A stretch of 64,000 bases of DNA from Vicugna vicugna (Eukaryota): contig MU058153.1 of the NCBI GenBank assembly GCA_013265495.1, forward strand, positions 1,614,001-1,678,000. The letters run 5' to 3'. The notes beneath the pieces are model-generated. The model was not told the DNA's origin, made no database searches, and saw only the letters and a list, made by a program, of their open reading frames with translations. Positions 13,661-26,327 of the stretch are shown here, one piece after another. The translations under genes were made by a program, and so were the position numbers. Numbering within the stretch: the first letter of the stretch is position 1; every line of letters starts with the position of its first letter.

Positions 13661-16600
13661 AAATATATATATCATATAAGGCATATTACATTTTTATTAT
13701 AAAGTGGATTTTTTTTTATAAGTGAATTGGGGAGCAAATTAAGGTGTTTTGTTTCTGTTGTTTGTTCTGTTTTGTTTTTCTGGAAGAATTGCCATAATCA
13801 TCTTGTTGAAATTGTTTAAAATTGATTCCTTTCGTTGCCATATGGAGAGTGTTTGGGGAAGGGCAAGGGTTAGGGACTCTGGTAAGAAAGTCATTTCAGT
13901 AGCTCAATCAAGAGACGACTCTCGCTTGGACAATCAGCGGTGCTAATGGAGAGAGATCAGTGTATTCAGAGCTTTTTCAGAGAGTTGGAATTGACAGGTA
14001 TTACTCAGATATTGAATGCGATCTTGATCCCAAAGTCATTTTCTAAGTATAGAATTTTGTGAGATAGTGGGGTAAATCTTTCAAATTTAGGTATAATATT
14101 CAAACAAAACAGTGCACATCAATCAAGCTTTTAGCAAAATTGAACAGACATTATGTTATTTAAAACGTTTAAAACAAGTGGTTCATATTACTGATGAAGC
14201 TAAAGACAAATCATTCAAGTTACAATGCTCATAACAAAAACAGGTAAAATTCACGTTAATGCTGAGAAACGTGTAAAGGAAATCAAAATAAGGAAAACAC
14301 CCACATGAGGTGAAAATATTTTAGCACAGTTCATCTACACTCTGTTCAATGCGTGTCAGGTGAGATGGTCTAACCAGTATAGTATTTGTCCTATATGAAT
14401 AGTATTTAAATGTTGAAAACTATAATGGAGTAGCAGAGGAAAAAGTCATTAAAAATATTTTATCTCAAATTTGGGAAATATTTTGGAAAATTGTATTATG
14501 TATATAGTATATACATAAAAATTAGATAGTATTTATGTATTAAATTATTTATCAAATATATGTTATATATGATATATAATTATGATTTATTACCTGTATA
14601 TATTTTATGTATAATATGCACTACTTATTATGATATATATATTTATATATTTACACACACACACACAAAACAACCTGCAAACGACTTTATTATTTATGAC
14701 CCAACAGGAACCACGAGTGTTTCAATGATCACACTATGAACAACTCTTTATTCTCACTGGAGCTCAGGGCAGACAACTGAGGAACATCTCATACGTAGAA
14801 ACTTGGATTTGACCATTGCTGTAAGTACTCAAATACATTTGGAAAACAAGAACAGAAGAAAAATACACTGTCCTTTCTGACTAGAACCCTGTGATAGACC
14901 TGTCAGACAGGGACAAGAGAGGGACAGTAGATTTCAGCAGGAGACGTCAGCCCATGACAGCAGACCCAGTTCAGGTGAATCACATCTCCATGGATGTCAC
15001 GAAAGAATGTGTCTGTAGAAGACACATCTTATCCATCACTTCCTGGGACGTGCATGTATAAAAATCCCTTTCATAGACTGCATCAACATCCAGCATGTTC
15101 ACTGGAGTAAAATGCAATAGAAACAAAGAGGCCACATTTAAAATAGTGTGTTCAAGTTTTGTTACCTATTAGAACCATGTACTATCTTCCCATTAAATTT
15201 ACATATTAATTTTAGGTAACATTTATATTTAGCTTCTCTGCTTTTTTTTCACCACGGAGTCCATTAAAAAAAACTGCCAATTCTATGACCATCGGTAAAA
15301 GAAAAAGCAGGTTGTTTGATGAATCGCTGTCCTTTAGATCACCTTTAAGACAATGCCCCATCAGGCAATAAAAACTTCCAGTTCAATTTCCTTTAATAGA
15401 ACTAAGTTTTCCCCTGAATGAAATTCCCTTCATTTGCTGATGGAGGAAGACAGCTCATTTAAATAGAGATCGTTCCTTCATGACTACCTACGTTTGCAGA
15501 TTACTTAGGAAATATGAATTTCAGGAGGAAGAAAGTCATTAGCAATAGAGGTATTTAGAAGAAGTAAAAGGGTAAAATGTACATTTAGCACAAAGCGGCA
15601 ATCTCTTTGCTCATAGCTCCGGGGTTACCAGGATGCCATTAACAGCGTTTCACTATGTAAATGTTTTCAAACAAAATAAGCTAAATGAGTAGCAAGGTGA
15701 ATACGGTTCATTCCAAAACACTTATTTAGTGTTGCTTGAAAATTGAAGGGAAAAAAGTGGTCCCATTCCAACTCCTTTCCAAACACAGTAAACCCCCAAA
15801 TCTTCCCACAGCATCAAATCAACGTGTGTTCTAATGTAATTTGAGTTTCATACTATGTAGGTCAAACACTGTTCTTAGAACCCTGCAGAGTAACAAATGT
15901 TGTCTCATATTTCTGCTTTATTTTATTTCTACCTGGCATGCTGAAGAGAAGCACCTTGTGAATTTTTACTTCGGTGTAGTCTAAAAATCACCTTTTTCAC
16001 ACTTTTGAAGAGATGAGCTGATTTCTCACAAAACGGCCAGAGATTTGATGATAGAGGATCTAGAAATCAGGCAGGATTAATTTTTCCTATTTCAAGAGTA
16101 AATAAGAAGTTCTCAATAGCATGACTGTTTAAATAATACACATTTATTGGGTACCTCTCAGAACCAAGCTCTGAAGGGGGTTTTTGAATAAGACTTCAAC
16201 CTCTCCCTTCCTTTAAAATGCTCCAGTCCAGTGGAGAGAACCATAGTTCAACAGCCAGTCCATACTGTTGATTTACAAAGTAAACAAAAAAAAGAAATAC
16301 AGCCATCATCAATTATCTTATGGCACCAACGTAATTATTGTTAATATACTTGCTTGTATCTTTTCATAATTTTTCTACACAGTTATGTATATATGTTTTT
16401 CCCCAAGTGGGAATATACTATCCACAATTCTTTATGGCTTACTTTTTTTAACCTACTTTCCATTTATTAAATAGGGTGCATCCATGTCACCAGTTTTAAT
16501 GGTATTTACATATATGGGTGTATTAAATTTGCTAAGCTTACTTGAAGTGTTGGATACTATTAGGAAAGTCTTGCTATTATAAAAGAAAATACTGAACTGA

Positions 16601-16944
16601 ATATTATTGTAGATAGACTTTCTGCACAATGTTTAATAATTTCCTGAGATAGACTTCCTGGGGCAAATAATAGGTACAATTTTAAGGCCTGTGAAACATA
16701 GTCAAATTGTTCTTTTATATTGTTTTTTATTGGTATAAAAACAAGTTGTTTCCTTTTTCTTTCTTATTGTTAATGAGTCTCCTGATGTTTTCCCTATTAC
16801 AGAGCCTTTTAAAAAAAAGAAACACAAAACTTCTAGTTTGTGAATATTTTTCTGTTCAGTATTTGTTAGTTATGTGTAAGAGGTATTTATATGAAAAATA
16901 TCCTACCCAAATTATCCTTTCTTTGTAATTTGTGTTTATAGAGA

Positions 16945-17205
16945 GCCACACGCTAGGAGATGAGAATGTCCCGCAGTCAACATCCAACAAGGAAGTGGGG
17001 ACCTCAGTCCTCCAACTTTAAGGAACTGAATGCAGCCAATAATCTGGATGAGTTTAGAAGCAGATCCCTCCTTACAGCCTACAGATAAGAATCTAGTCAT
17101 ACGGACATCTTCAGCTTTAGCCCTGTGAGATGCTCATCTGGGTAGCCATCCTAGCGCACTCAGACTTCTGACCTACAGAGCTGTGGTTTAATAAAAGGAC
17201 TGTTT
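16945..17205 (+). mobile_element. MaLR LTR fragment (MLT1D/E-like)
   Basis: caaggaagtggggacctcagtcct..aaggaactgaatgcagccaa...gacttctgacctacagagctgtg..aataaa. Confidence 0.75.
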
Positions 17206-17277
17206 CCTTTCGTTCATGTCCTTACTTTTTTTTTAACACAGTCTATGTTTGTCTGTTTCTTGCCATCATTGACACTT

Positions 17278-17892
17278 TAAAAATTTTTTTTTATTAAAAT
17301 ACAGTCAGTTTACAATGTTATGTCAATTTCTGGTATATAGAACAATATTTCAGTCATACAGGAACATATATATATATATATTCATTGTCATATTCTTTTT
17401 CACCATAAGTTACTACAAGATATTGAATATAGTTCCCTGTGCTATACAGTATGAACTTGTTTATCCATCTCCAGCAGCCAGTCCCGGCTTCTCTTTGCTG
17501 GCTCGTGTCTAGGGCTGAGGATCGCAGGGACCCCCGTGTCAGTTTCCCTTAGTTCTGTCTGCCAAGTGGTTGCCACTTTCTCCTCCAAGCCTCTGAAGCT
17601 TCTCTTCCGTCCCCGCTGTCCTCTTGACTGAAGAGCTAGCATCCCAGCGTGAGGGCGCCTTTCTTCCTGTGCTTCTCCCTCCCTGCAGGACTAGTCCTGC
17701 ACCGATTTTTTCTTCTTTCTTTTTTTTCTTACCAGATTTTGTGAGAATCCTTCTGTATTTTGAAGTGAGAGACACTCTGGCAGAGTTCAGTAGGTGCTCT
17801 GTGCGATCAGTAGGTCTGTAGATGTAATTCTTGCTGTACTTGTGGGACAGGGTGAGCTGTGAGTCTCTCCACTCTGCCATCTTGGCTCTCTC
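17278..17892 (-). mobile_element. Internally deleted LINE-1 derivative: 5' UTR (~420 bp) fused directly to the last ~190 bp of the 3' UTR, TSD-flanked
   Basis: The minus strand starts gagagagccaagatggcagagtggagagac (L1 5' end), joins 3' UTR ataaacaagttcatactgtatagcacaggg at ~17468 and ends AATAAA-A-tail. TSD ccatcattgacactt (17263-17277) / ccatcattgtctctt (17893-17907). Confidence 0.85.
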
Positions 17893-17909
17893 CCATCATT
17901 GTCTCTTGT

Positions 17910-18327
17910 GGCAACTTCCCAGTTATTTCAGGAAGTCAATGTATGTATCTTATGTCTGCTCAAGACCAAGTTCAGGCAGCCACCCCTACTTTCTTCCTTT
18001 TCTGCTTCCCTGCTTCCAGCTCCTCCTGTGAAGTTCACTGCCTTTACATTGAATGTGAGCCATTAAGTTGCTTCCACAGCGTGAATCCTTCTGGGCATCT
18101 CTGCAGCCTCGGCTCAGTATCACAGTAGCCACTTATCATGGCTGATCTGGTCTGTACCAGCCACTGCCCAGTTTCCAGAGCTCTCAGGGTCCCAGAGGGG
18201 CGCTGGGTCATATGGGGTCTTGGGCTGCAAGTACATTGCCTTCTAGGCAGCTGTGGAAGCATCTTCCTTACCCTGAGCAGCATTCTGTTACCTGGCACTA
18301 ACGCTACTTTGTCCCAGTCTGTTATAA
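17910..18327 (-). mobile_element. Possible old ERVL-type LTR
   Basis: GC-richer block with the general look of old ERVL LTRs; family not securely recognised. Confidence 0.3.
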
Positions 18328-18682
18328 TTGCTTTAGAAAAACCATTATTTAAGATCAGATTTTAGAACTCACATATTCCAAGCTCTGATTGAACTTGAAG
18401 CTTATAGTTGGAAAAAGTTGTAGCAAGAGGAGCGATACTACATTCAGAGTTGTTAGGTGCTCCAGACGTTCTTCTGATCAGCTTGAAGATAGCAGAAAGC
18501 TATGTTACTCTGCCATTTTACTGTCTAAATTTGGATAACTCTTGCAATCATGAGTGGCTTCTTTGCTCCCTCACTCTCCAGATTTTCTCCCTTCTATCCA
18601 TATTTGAAGCCTCCTTCTCAAGCTTTCTTCTACCTGACTTCAAAATATTGGCTTACCTGACCTCAGAGTGTCAGGTTGGGGT

Positions 18683-19060
18683 CATTACGACTGAATTGTG
18701 TCCCACCCAAATTTGTAGGATGGGGTCCTAAACCCCAGGACCTCAGAATGTGACTGTGTTTGGATATAGAAACTTTAAAGCAGTAATTCAGCGGAAATAA
18801 AGTCATTAGGGTGGGTCCTAACCCAGTCAGACTGGCTTCCTTATTTAAAAAAGGAAATGAGGACACACACACAGAGGCAAGAGCACGTGAAGACACAGGG
18901 AAAAGACTGCAAGCCAAGCAGAGAGGCCTTGGAAAAAAAAATGCTGCCCACAGCTTGGTCTCAGACTTCTACATCCCAGAATTGGAAGAAAGTACATTTC
19001 TGTTGGTTACACCACTCGTCTTGTGGTACTTTGTCACCACAGCCCTAGCAGATGAACACA
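18683..19060 (+). mobile_element. MaLR solo LTR (MLT1A/B-like), near full length
   Basis: gactgaattgtgtccc...cctcagaatgtgactgtgtttgga...tgtggtactttgt..cagccctagcagatgaacaca. 5-bp TSD ggggt/ggggc. Confidence 0.88.
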
Positions 19061-19277
19061 GGGGCTGGTCTCTTCTCTAATTACAGATTTTCTTTAGGGG
19101 AATTTATCTGATTCCATGATATAATTAATACCATTATATTCCTGAGCTGAAAGGAAGACAATATATATTTTGTGAACTCTTTGAAGAGCTAAGTATAGCC
19201 TGAAATCTAATAAATAAATAACATTACTTTGTTTAGATGCTTTAACTTACTGGTATTTTCATGCATGAAAGTTACAA

Positions 19278-19421
19278 TAGTTCTCAAGTCCACAGAGGGT
19301 AGGTGAAGTTGTTAGAAACATAAACTCCGAGATTCTACCTTAGACCCACTGAATCAGGAACTCTGGGTTTTAACAAGCCTTCTAGGCATTTCTGATTCAT
19401 GCTCAAGTTTGAGAATCATGG
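19278..19421. mobile_element. MER5A-like hAT MITE
   Basis: agttctcaa...agacccactgaatcaggaactctggg..ttttaacaagc..ttctgat..aagtttgagaatcatg. Confidence 0.65.
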
Positions 19422-21279
19422 ATCATAACGGACTAGACATGGAAAAGAACATACAGCTCACTTATCCTTGTGCTAAGGATATATGGCATCCTGGTAAAGC
19501 CAGTAATTTCCCCAAAGTCACTAAACTCTGTTTTCTGGCTTTTCTCTCTTTGATTTGTACTTGTGCACCTTTTGGAGTTAGTTCAGGACAAAACATCATT
19601 TGATACAATCGTGATTTTACTATTCTTTGTTTCTTTCTTTGTTTATTTGATTGTTGTTTCTTCAGCAGACATACAAATCCTGTGTGTTCCTTTCTCCTCC
19701 CCCCATTCCCACATAACCAAGTGCATGTGCTGTAATGCCCTTTTCTTTACCCCCTAAAGAAATATTTGTAAAACAGCTGTTGCCCTGTGTTATTATCTAA
19801 TATGCTGCCAAAATGGAATTCAGCTTGTGTTTCCACTAATTTGATATAGATTAAAATATATTAAAGGTCTTCTTGTATGTAAGTCATTGCATGAAATAAT
19901 ACTAGCCTGTTATTAAATAGATTGAATATCTAATATTTTAAAGATATTAAAAATAGCAATTGTATCATTAGCTATGCCATATCAGTACCTTATATTTTGT
20001 CCTAAATCCTCTCAGTTTCTTTGGAATTTTTAATACTGCATATATGCTCTTATTTGCATTCAGAAGTTTAACTAATCTTTGGAAGAACCCACCAGTAAGC
20101 AACTTGAAACATATATTTGTGTGTTTGTGTGTGCCTGAATAGTCTGTATGTAGGTTAAGTGGCTTACCCAATGAAATACCCACATGTACCTATTTATAAG
20201 CCAAAAGTTGGCATAGGTACAATTAACCTGAGTCTCTTTAAGATTAAAATTTTACATTTTGATTTTAAGAAAAACCCTGTCTCAGTTTTTTTTTTTTCTT
20301 TCTAGTTTCCTAAGCAGGGCAGTGTCTTCTGCATGTGGTGGGGTTATATACTGCAGACCAGGCTCTTTGGATCCCCGATGTCTTTAATTCACACACACAA
20401 GGTCGTGTGAGTGCCCAGGAGCTGCTCATAGCAGAGGCTTTGCCTAATCATTATTGGATCCAATCACTATTAATCACCAGAGTTTCACTGGAGTTTGCAA
20501 TGTGTTGAAAGGAAACAGCAGGTTTTTCTATACAGCCCATTGAAGTTGTTCCTCTTGCCCATTAGCTCTCATGAGGTCATTGATGCTAATGCTTTCCCAG
20601 GAGGAGCATATATCTTCCTTTCCACACACTATGTGCTTCTGGTTGGAATCCCAGAGCCTGGTTTGGATCGCAGCCTATGTTCACTAATGGAAGCGTTTCC
20701 ATTTAGGATGACAGAAAATACAGGGCCGTCCCAGCAGTAGGGAAATCAATGATGAGTTCAGTTTGACCATGACCATCAAAAAGCATTATTATGAAGAACT
20801 ACTTTATAGGTGTCCCAAGACTAAGCTGCCAACTTGTCTCTTCAGTGCAACTTCTTCAAAATATTGCCTTAATTGTTGAGTTGGGATCAAGCTTAAAGAC
20901 TTCTTCCCTAGCTCTTGAATAAACTTGATGAAAGAGTTGTTTGAAATCATGGTTGGAGTTCTACATTATGTAAGATTACAAATGTGTTTATTTATTCCAG
21001 TAAAATACTTAAGAAGGAATGTGTAGGCAGATTTTTGGAGAATGGAGGCCATGTTCCTCATGGGTCCAGATCCAAAAACTGTGCATGGTTGAAGAGAAGC
21101 AATGTTTGAGTCTTAACTTGTCTTAACTGAATTTTGAAGCAGATGGACATCACCAAACAATTATACAATGGTTAATCTCATCTTTCCTCGGTAGGTACCA
21201 CCTAATCAAACTCATGTTCAGGAAACTATCAGTTGGCAACCAAATTCCAAGCCAAGATTTCCATTCTCTATTGTTTCTA

Positions 21280-22420
21280 CTATGTCTATTCAGGTTCATC
21301 CTATTGAACAAATATTTTAAGACCACTATTAAGTTGCAAGGCTCTGCCAGAGCCATAGTTGATACATAAATAAATATCAAAAATACAATTATTTTGCTTT
21401 TAGAACATTAAAAAATAGAAGAGATAAAATCTGAACACTAACAAATATAACATGGGTAAAATGTGCTAAATATTGTAAGGTGAGTTACAAGCAAGTTGGT
21501 ATTCAAGTGCGAGGGGTCTCCTTTGAATACAGAATAGAGTCTAAATGCTGTATAAGTCCATTCAAAGCCATTATAATGTGCTCCTCAGCACACTGGTTGG
21601 GCTCCACCTTCCAGTGGTTCCACACAGTGGGCACCAGGTCCGGCTTAACCAGATAATTTGCTGTCCCTACCTCAAGTCTCTATCAATTTTTTTCCCTGCC
21701 TTTTTTTTTTCCATTTCTTTTCACTTGGAAGAGCTTTACCTTTAATACTAGTAATGATGAAATACATTTTAAAAGATCAGTTATAATAGGCAAGCATGAA
21801 TAGAATTTTAAGGGAGACAGGACAAAGATTACTTGTATCATTAATCAAAAAATAAGGGGAAAAAAGATCAAAATGGAGGAGGGAAATGTTAGCTTAAAAG
21901 TCTGGCAAATAGAAGAAGTAATATACTAATTATTTGATATGTTGACATTGAGGTATCACCCTGTCATTCATGTAGAAATATCCAGTTGTAACTCGAAAAT
22001 GTCTATCTGGGGCTCTAAGGGAAAATGTTGAGTCTAAAGAATTAGATGTAAAAGGCATTGCCTTAAAAATTCTGTTTGAAACAAAAGAGATAATCAAAGG
22101 GAAGCACATAAGGTGAAGCACAGAAAGGTAGTCTCAGAACCTAGGAGTTCCTACAATTAATGTGCAACTGGAAGAATACAAAGCTATAAATAATGTACAT
22201 ATTCACTCATCTGGGAACTTTGAGAAAGAAAGAGAGATACAAGGGAGACTTTAAAGAAGCAAGGGTTCTTTACTGCTATCAATGACCAGAGAAAAGTCAA
22301 TGATTGGAGAATTGAGAAAAGGGCATTGGCATGGATGATGAAATTGGTCACTGACCTTGACCAAAGGGTTTTAGTAGAGTCAGAGCAATAATTTCCAAGG
22401 CGTTGGGACTGACTGGATGG
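21280..22420 (-). mobile_element. Scattered L2 fragments
   Basis: L2 antisense motifs (aacaaatatttt.., ggtcactgaccttgacca..gttttagtagag); highly degenerate. Confidence 0.4.
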
Positions 22421-23080
22421 TAAAATAAGGCAGAATTTTCTCTCAAGGAATTCAAAATCAAGTCAGAGACATTAGTTAGTAACAAGTTCTTTACCCTAAA
22501 TTTCTTATCTGTAAACTGAGATTATTGTAACCCACATTAACCCATTGTTGTAAGGATTAGCTACAACACTAAGTACAATACTAAGAACATAAGCACTTAA
22601 TTCTATTCTCTGTTACTAATTTAACCATTGTAGGAGTTGATCTCTCTTTGCTGTCTTTGGTCACCAATAATTTCTTCTTTATATCTTGCTCAGCCTCACT
22701 TCTAGGTAAGTGCCACTTCAGCTAGTTTCTGCTGTGTTTGCTAGAATGCAGTGCCTCAGTTGGCCTACCTTCACTGCTAGTGGGTACTTCTTGTATTTGA
22801 GACCCTGGATCCTGACATGGATTTTGTTGATAAGACTAGTGGGAGCATGCACATCTCTCTGGAACTTCAATTTGGATGAGTATCGCTACATCTTTCTGCC
22901 ATATTTTTCAGGCCAGCCTACTTATTCTGTTGACATCCAGATTTCAAAGTTTTAAATGTCAAAGCTAAGCCATGACTATACTGAGGGTTCAGAAAGAAGA
23001 CTCCCCTTCATTTTCATGGATCGCGTTAGAGGGAAGTGAAAGTGGAAATGCCTTGAAGACGAATGCTTAAATCCAGAGGG

Positions 23081-23309
23081 TTTTTTTCATACTCTTTTTT
23101 ATTACGGATTACTATAAGCCATTGACTCTAGTTCTCTGTGCTATACAGTAGGGCTTCGTTGTTCATCTATTCTGCATGTACTAGTTTGAAATGTGTGTGT
23201 GTGTGTATATATACATATATATATATATGTATGTATATATATAAACTGAATCACTAAGCTGTACACCAGAAACTAATACAACACTGTACATCACAAAGAA
23301 AAATGGGGG
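23081..23309 (+). mobile_element. Very short LINE-1 3' end with 5' inversion (twin priming)
   Basis: 23081-23188 is antisense 3' UTR. 23189-23309 is the sense terminal part (aactgaatcact..gctgtacaccagaaactaa). Flanking repeat aaatccagagg(g)tttt at 23069 / aaaaccagaggtttt at 23310. Confidence 0.8.
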
Positions 23310-23574
23310 AAAACCAGAGGTTTTGTTGCCAGTTCAGGAGTCTCTGGGAGATAGGCCAGTGGCAATTCTGAGTGAGACCTTGCTGTGCTAGAATCATATA
23401 TCTTTTTTCAGCAGAGATGGATATTTTTTAGCTGAAGCTTTCCCACTTCCTTAGGTCAGCTGGATAAGATACTCCTTCCCTGCCAGTTGGCCAGACATAA
23501 CCAAACAATCTGATTTCCAATCAAGGTTACCAAATTGTACCCCTCTGCTGCACAGACAAATCTCTAATGCCTAC

Positions 23575-24016
23575 TGTTAGAATACAGTTCTCCATGATTT
23601 TTCACATTTGTGAGCAATGCAGTGAAGGCCATTTGTTCCCAGCTATCTTTTTAAGGATTTCTGTATAATACCCACCTTGGGAGACAGTGACAGTGTCCTT
23701 CTCTGGAGCCAAGGGAAGGCAAGCTTCTTGCCCATTAGCAAGGATTCAGGTTTCCTAAGGTCAGGATCCCTTTGCTGTAGTGCAATCTACTGTGTGTGCT
23801 GGTGACATCTGGCCTTCTTTGTGTCACCGTGCAGGGATTTGGACTTGGGGATCAGGCACAGTAACGTGTTGATCCTCTAGTAATGCTATTTCTTGCGAGT
23901 AATAAAGTCCTTTGTTTCTGACCTCAAGTCTTCTGCCAGCATCCACGTAACTGTGGCACGTTAACTTATCAGCTTTCAAACAGGGAAAAATCTGAAACGT
24001 TTCACCACTCTTCACA
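23575..24016 (+). mobile_element. ERVL solo LTR (LTR40-like)
   Basis: TG...CA termini and gagtaataaagtcctttgtttctgacc..gtcttctgccagcatcca..actgtggca motifs. Confidence 0.7.
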
Positions 24017-24584
24017 CTTGTCTCGTAGTAAACATTCTAAATATGGCAGCTATTATTAGTCTTCCCTGCCTATCACTAAAATAAATCTCTGAGTTGGAAT
24101 ATATGGTGTCTAACTTGGCAATCTTCAAGAAGTCTGAAAGTTTTAAAATGCATTATGGAAAAAGGAATTTTGGTCTTGGAACTCTATGTTCTTTGAAAAG
24201 TTCTATAATTTCTCTGATTCCAAGACTTTTTTTTTATTGATCTGCCTGCTTCATAAGGTGGTGGTACAAATCAAATGAAAAAGTAGGTAACATGGCTTTG
24301 TAAACTGTGATGTTTATACAATGTAGGGTTGTACCTTCTGGGCACATGGGTTGGAATATTAGGGTCTAGAAATGATTCAAAAAGTCTTAACTTTATATAA
24401 AAGTTTGATTTAAAAACATTCAAATCAGGGTGTTTAGGTAACAACATGACAGTGAAAAAAACACCTGAATAGAAAGCTGGAGCCAACAGCTTTGATTTGA
24501 TATCAAATATATTTAACATATCTGGTTCTTACCTTTCTCTCCTGTAAAATGCCTTAGGGTAATAGGGTGTTCTGGGTAGAATAA

Positions 24585-24936
24585 TAATTTTCTATTACTG
24601 ATATAACAAATTTCCATAAACTTGGAGGCTTTAAACAACACAAATTTATTATGCTATCATTCTGCATTTTAGGTGTCTGACTCGGATCTTACTGGGCTAG
24701 AATAAAAACGTCCGCAGGACTGCATTCCTCTGTGAAAGCTCTAAGGAACAATGTCCTTCCTTCCTTTCCCAATTTCTAAAGGCTGCTAACATTCCTTTGC
24801 TTGTGGTCAGCCCCGCTTCCCCCTTTAAAGCTGAAACATTACACTTTTTCTGACCATTTTTCCATAGTCACATCTTCTTGGGACCACGTCCTCCACTGTG
24901 TGGTTAAATTGGACCCACTCCGTTAGTCTTGGATAA
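24585..24936 (-). mobile_element. MaLR LTR (MLT1C/D-like), partial
   Basis: ataacaaat..cataaacttggaggctttaaacaacacaaatttatt...ttctaaaggctgctaacattcctt. Confidence 0.75.
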
Positions 24937-26327
24937 CCACTGCAGGGTAACTCTTTTTGTGTGTGGGACAGTCCCTTACACCATAGGGACTTCCATGGAT
25001 GAGATGTCAGTTGGATGCCCAAGTCATTGTCCCTTTAGTTTTCAACACACTCCTTAGGGAGGCAACACTGACCACTAAATGGGTTCATCTCCTCAGACTC
25101 TTCCAATTTAAAGCTCTTGGTACACATATGCTTTCAGACATGTGGGTCTTCTCCTTAAATGCTAATAATGAATGTTTTAAACAACGGCCTTATCCGTTTC
25201 ATCCAACATTACGATATGTTTACATTTCCCAGAATGCCTGGAGTGTAGGAGGTCACATGTGGAAAGAAAGCACCTCTTTGGCTATAAAAGAGATGAAAAG
25301 TGGAGGTTAGCTCTAGTTGTATTTTTTCTGGAGCTATGCCTCTGTTATCTTTTAACATTTAATATCTGCAAATAGGCAAATGTTCCACGCTTTTCCAGTG
25401 GCTTAAGCATCTAAAATTTGAGTAGTATTCACTGGTCTCTAAGCTACTCCATTGGGAGGTGTGAAATGTAACATAACAGTCAGCTTTCGAGGATAAACTC
25501 TTATCCCTTGGTATGAAAATGATGCACTATGACTGCGAACGAAATGCCCATAACAAGTATAGAGATAAATTTAAGCATAGAACTCATTTTCTATATCTTC
25601 TGAACATCATTTGTCACCCACTTTCCCTTGTCATGTTCCATACATTTTTATTGCTTTTTCAGTCTTAAACGAAATTGTTAGCAGGATGGTGGTGAGACAT
25701 TATTAGATGATCCATTTCCACTGTAGTCACCATATGGGGTTTGTCATCCAAGTGTGGGTTGCAAAGTACGAGGATGGAAAAGTTACTCTTTTCATCTAAT
25801 GTACAAAGAACCTGATAAAATTTGTCCTTTACTACTTTAATCTGCCTTGTATGTCTCTAATCCACGGTGACTTGAATAATACTTAAGTCTGTGGCAAAAT
25901 AGCCAGTGATATGAAAATACAGGAAAAAATGACAACAAGGTTGTTTCCTATTTCAGTTACTGTCATGTTTGCTAGGCCCAGTGATTTGTTATAAGCAAGA
26001 CGAGGGGACAACATTGTCACTGCCATTGGCTCAGTGAGCCACACTGAAGCAAGGTGTCCAAATCAATCTCTTTTGCACATGAGGAAAATGTACATTTTAA
26101 ACATGTGAGGGAAGAAACTCTTTTAAAAATCATCTACCAACTACTTCCAAAGTTTATTAAAAAAGGCTTTTACCTGCTTCTTTGATTGGCATTATGTATA
26201 TTTTTAGAACTGTATATTAGTATGGTTAGTATCCACATGGTTATTTATAAGTTGGAGAAAAATAAGGCAGAGGTGATGACAAATTGGATAATAAAAGTAT
26301 CATTTTAATATATTATCTGAGTTAGTG

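Noticed and set aside
18188..18206. CTCF-like motif cccagaggggcgctg
   Set aside because: Spacing is one base off the CCRSYAGRKGGCRS core, so it cannot be supported.
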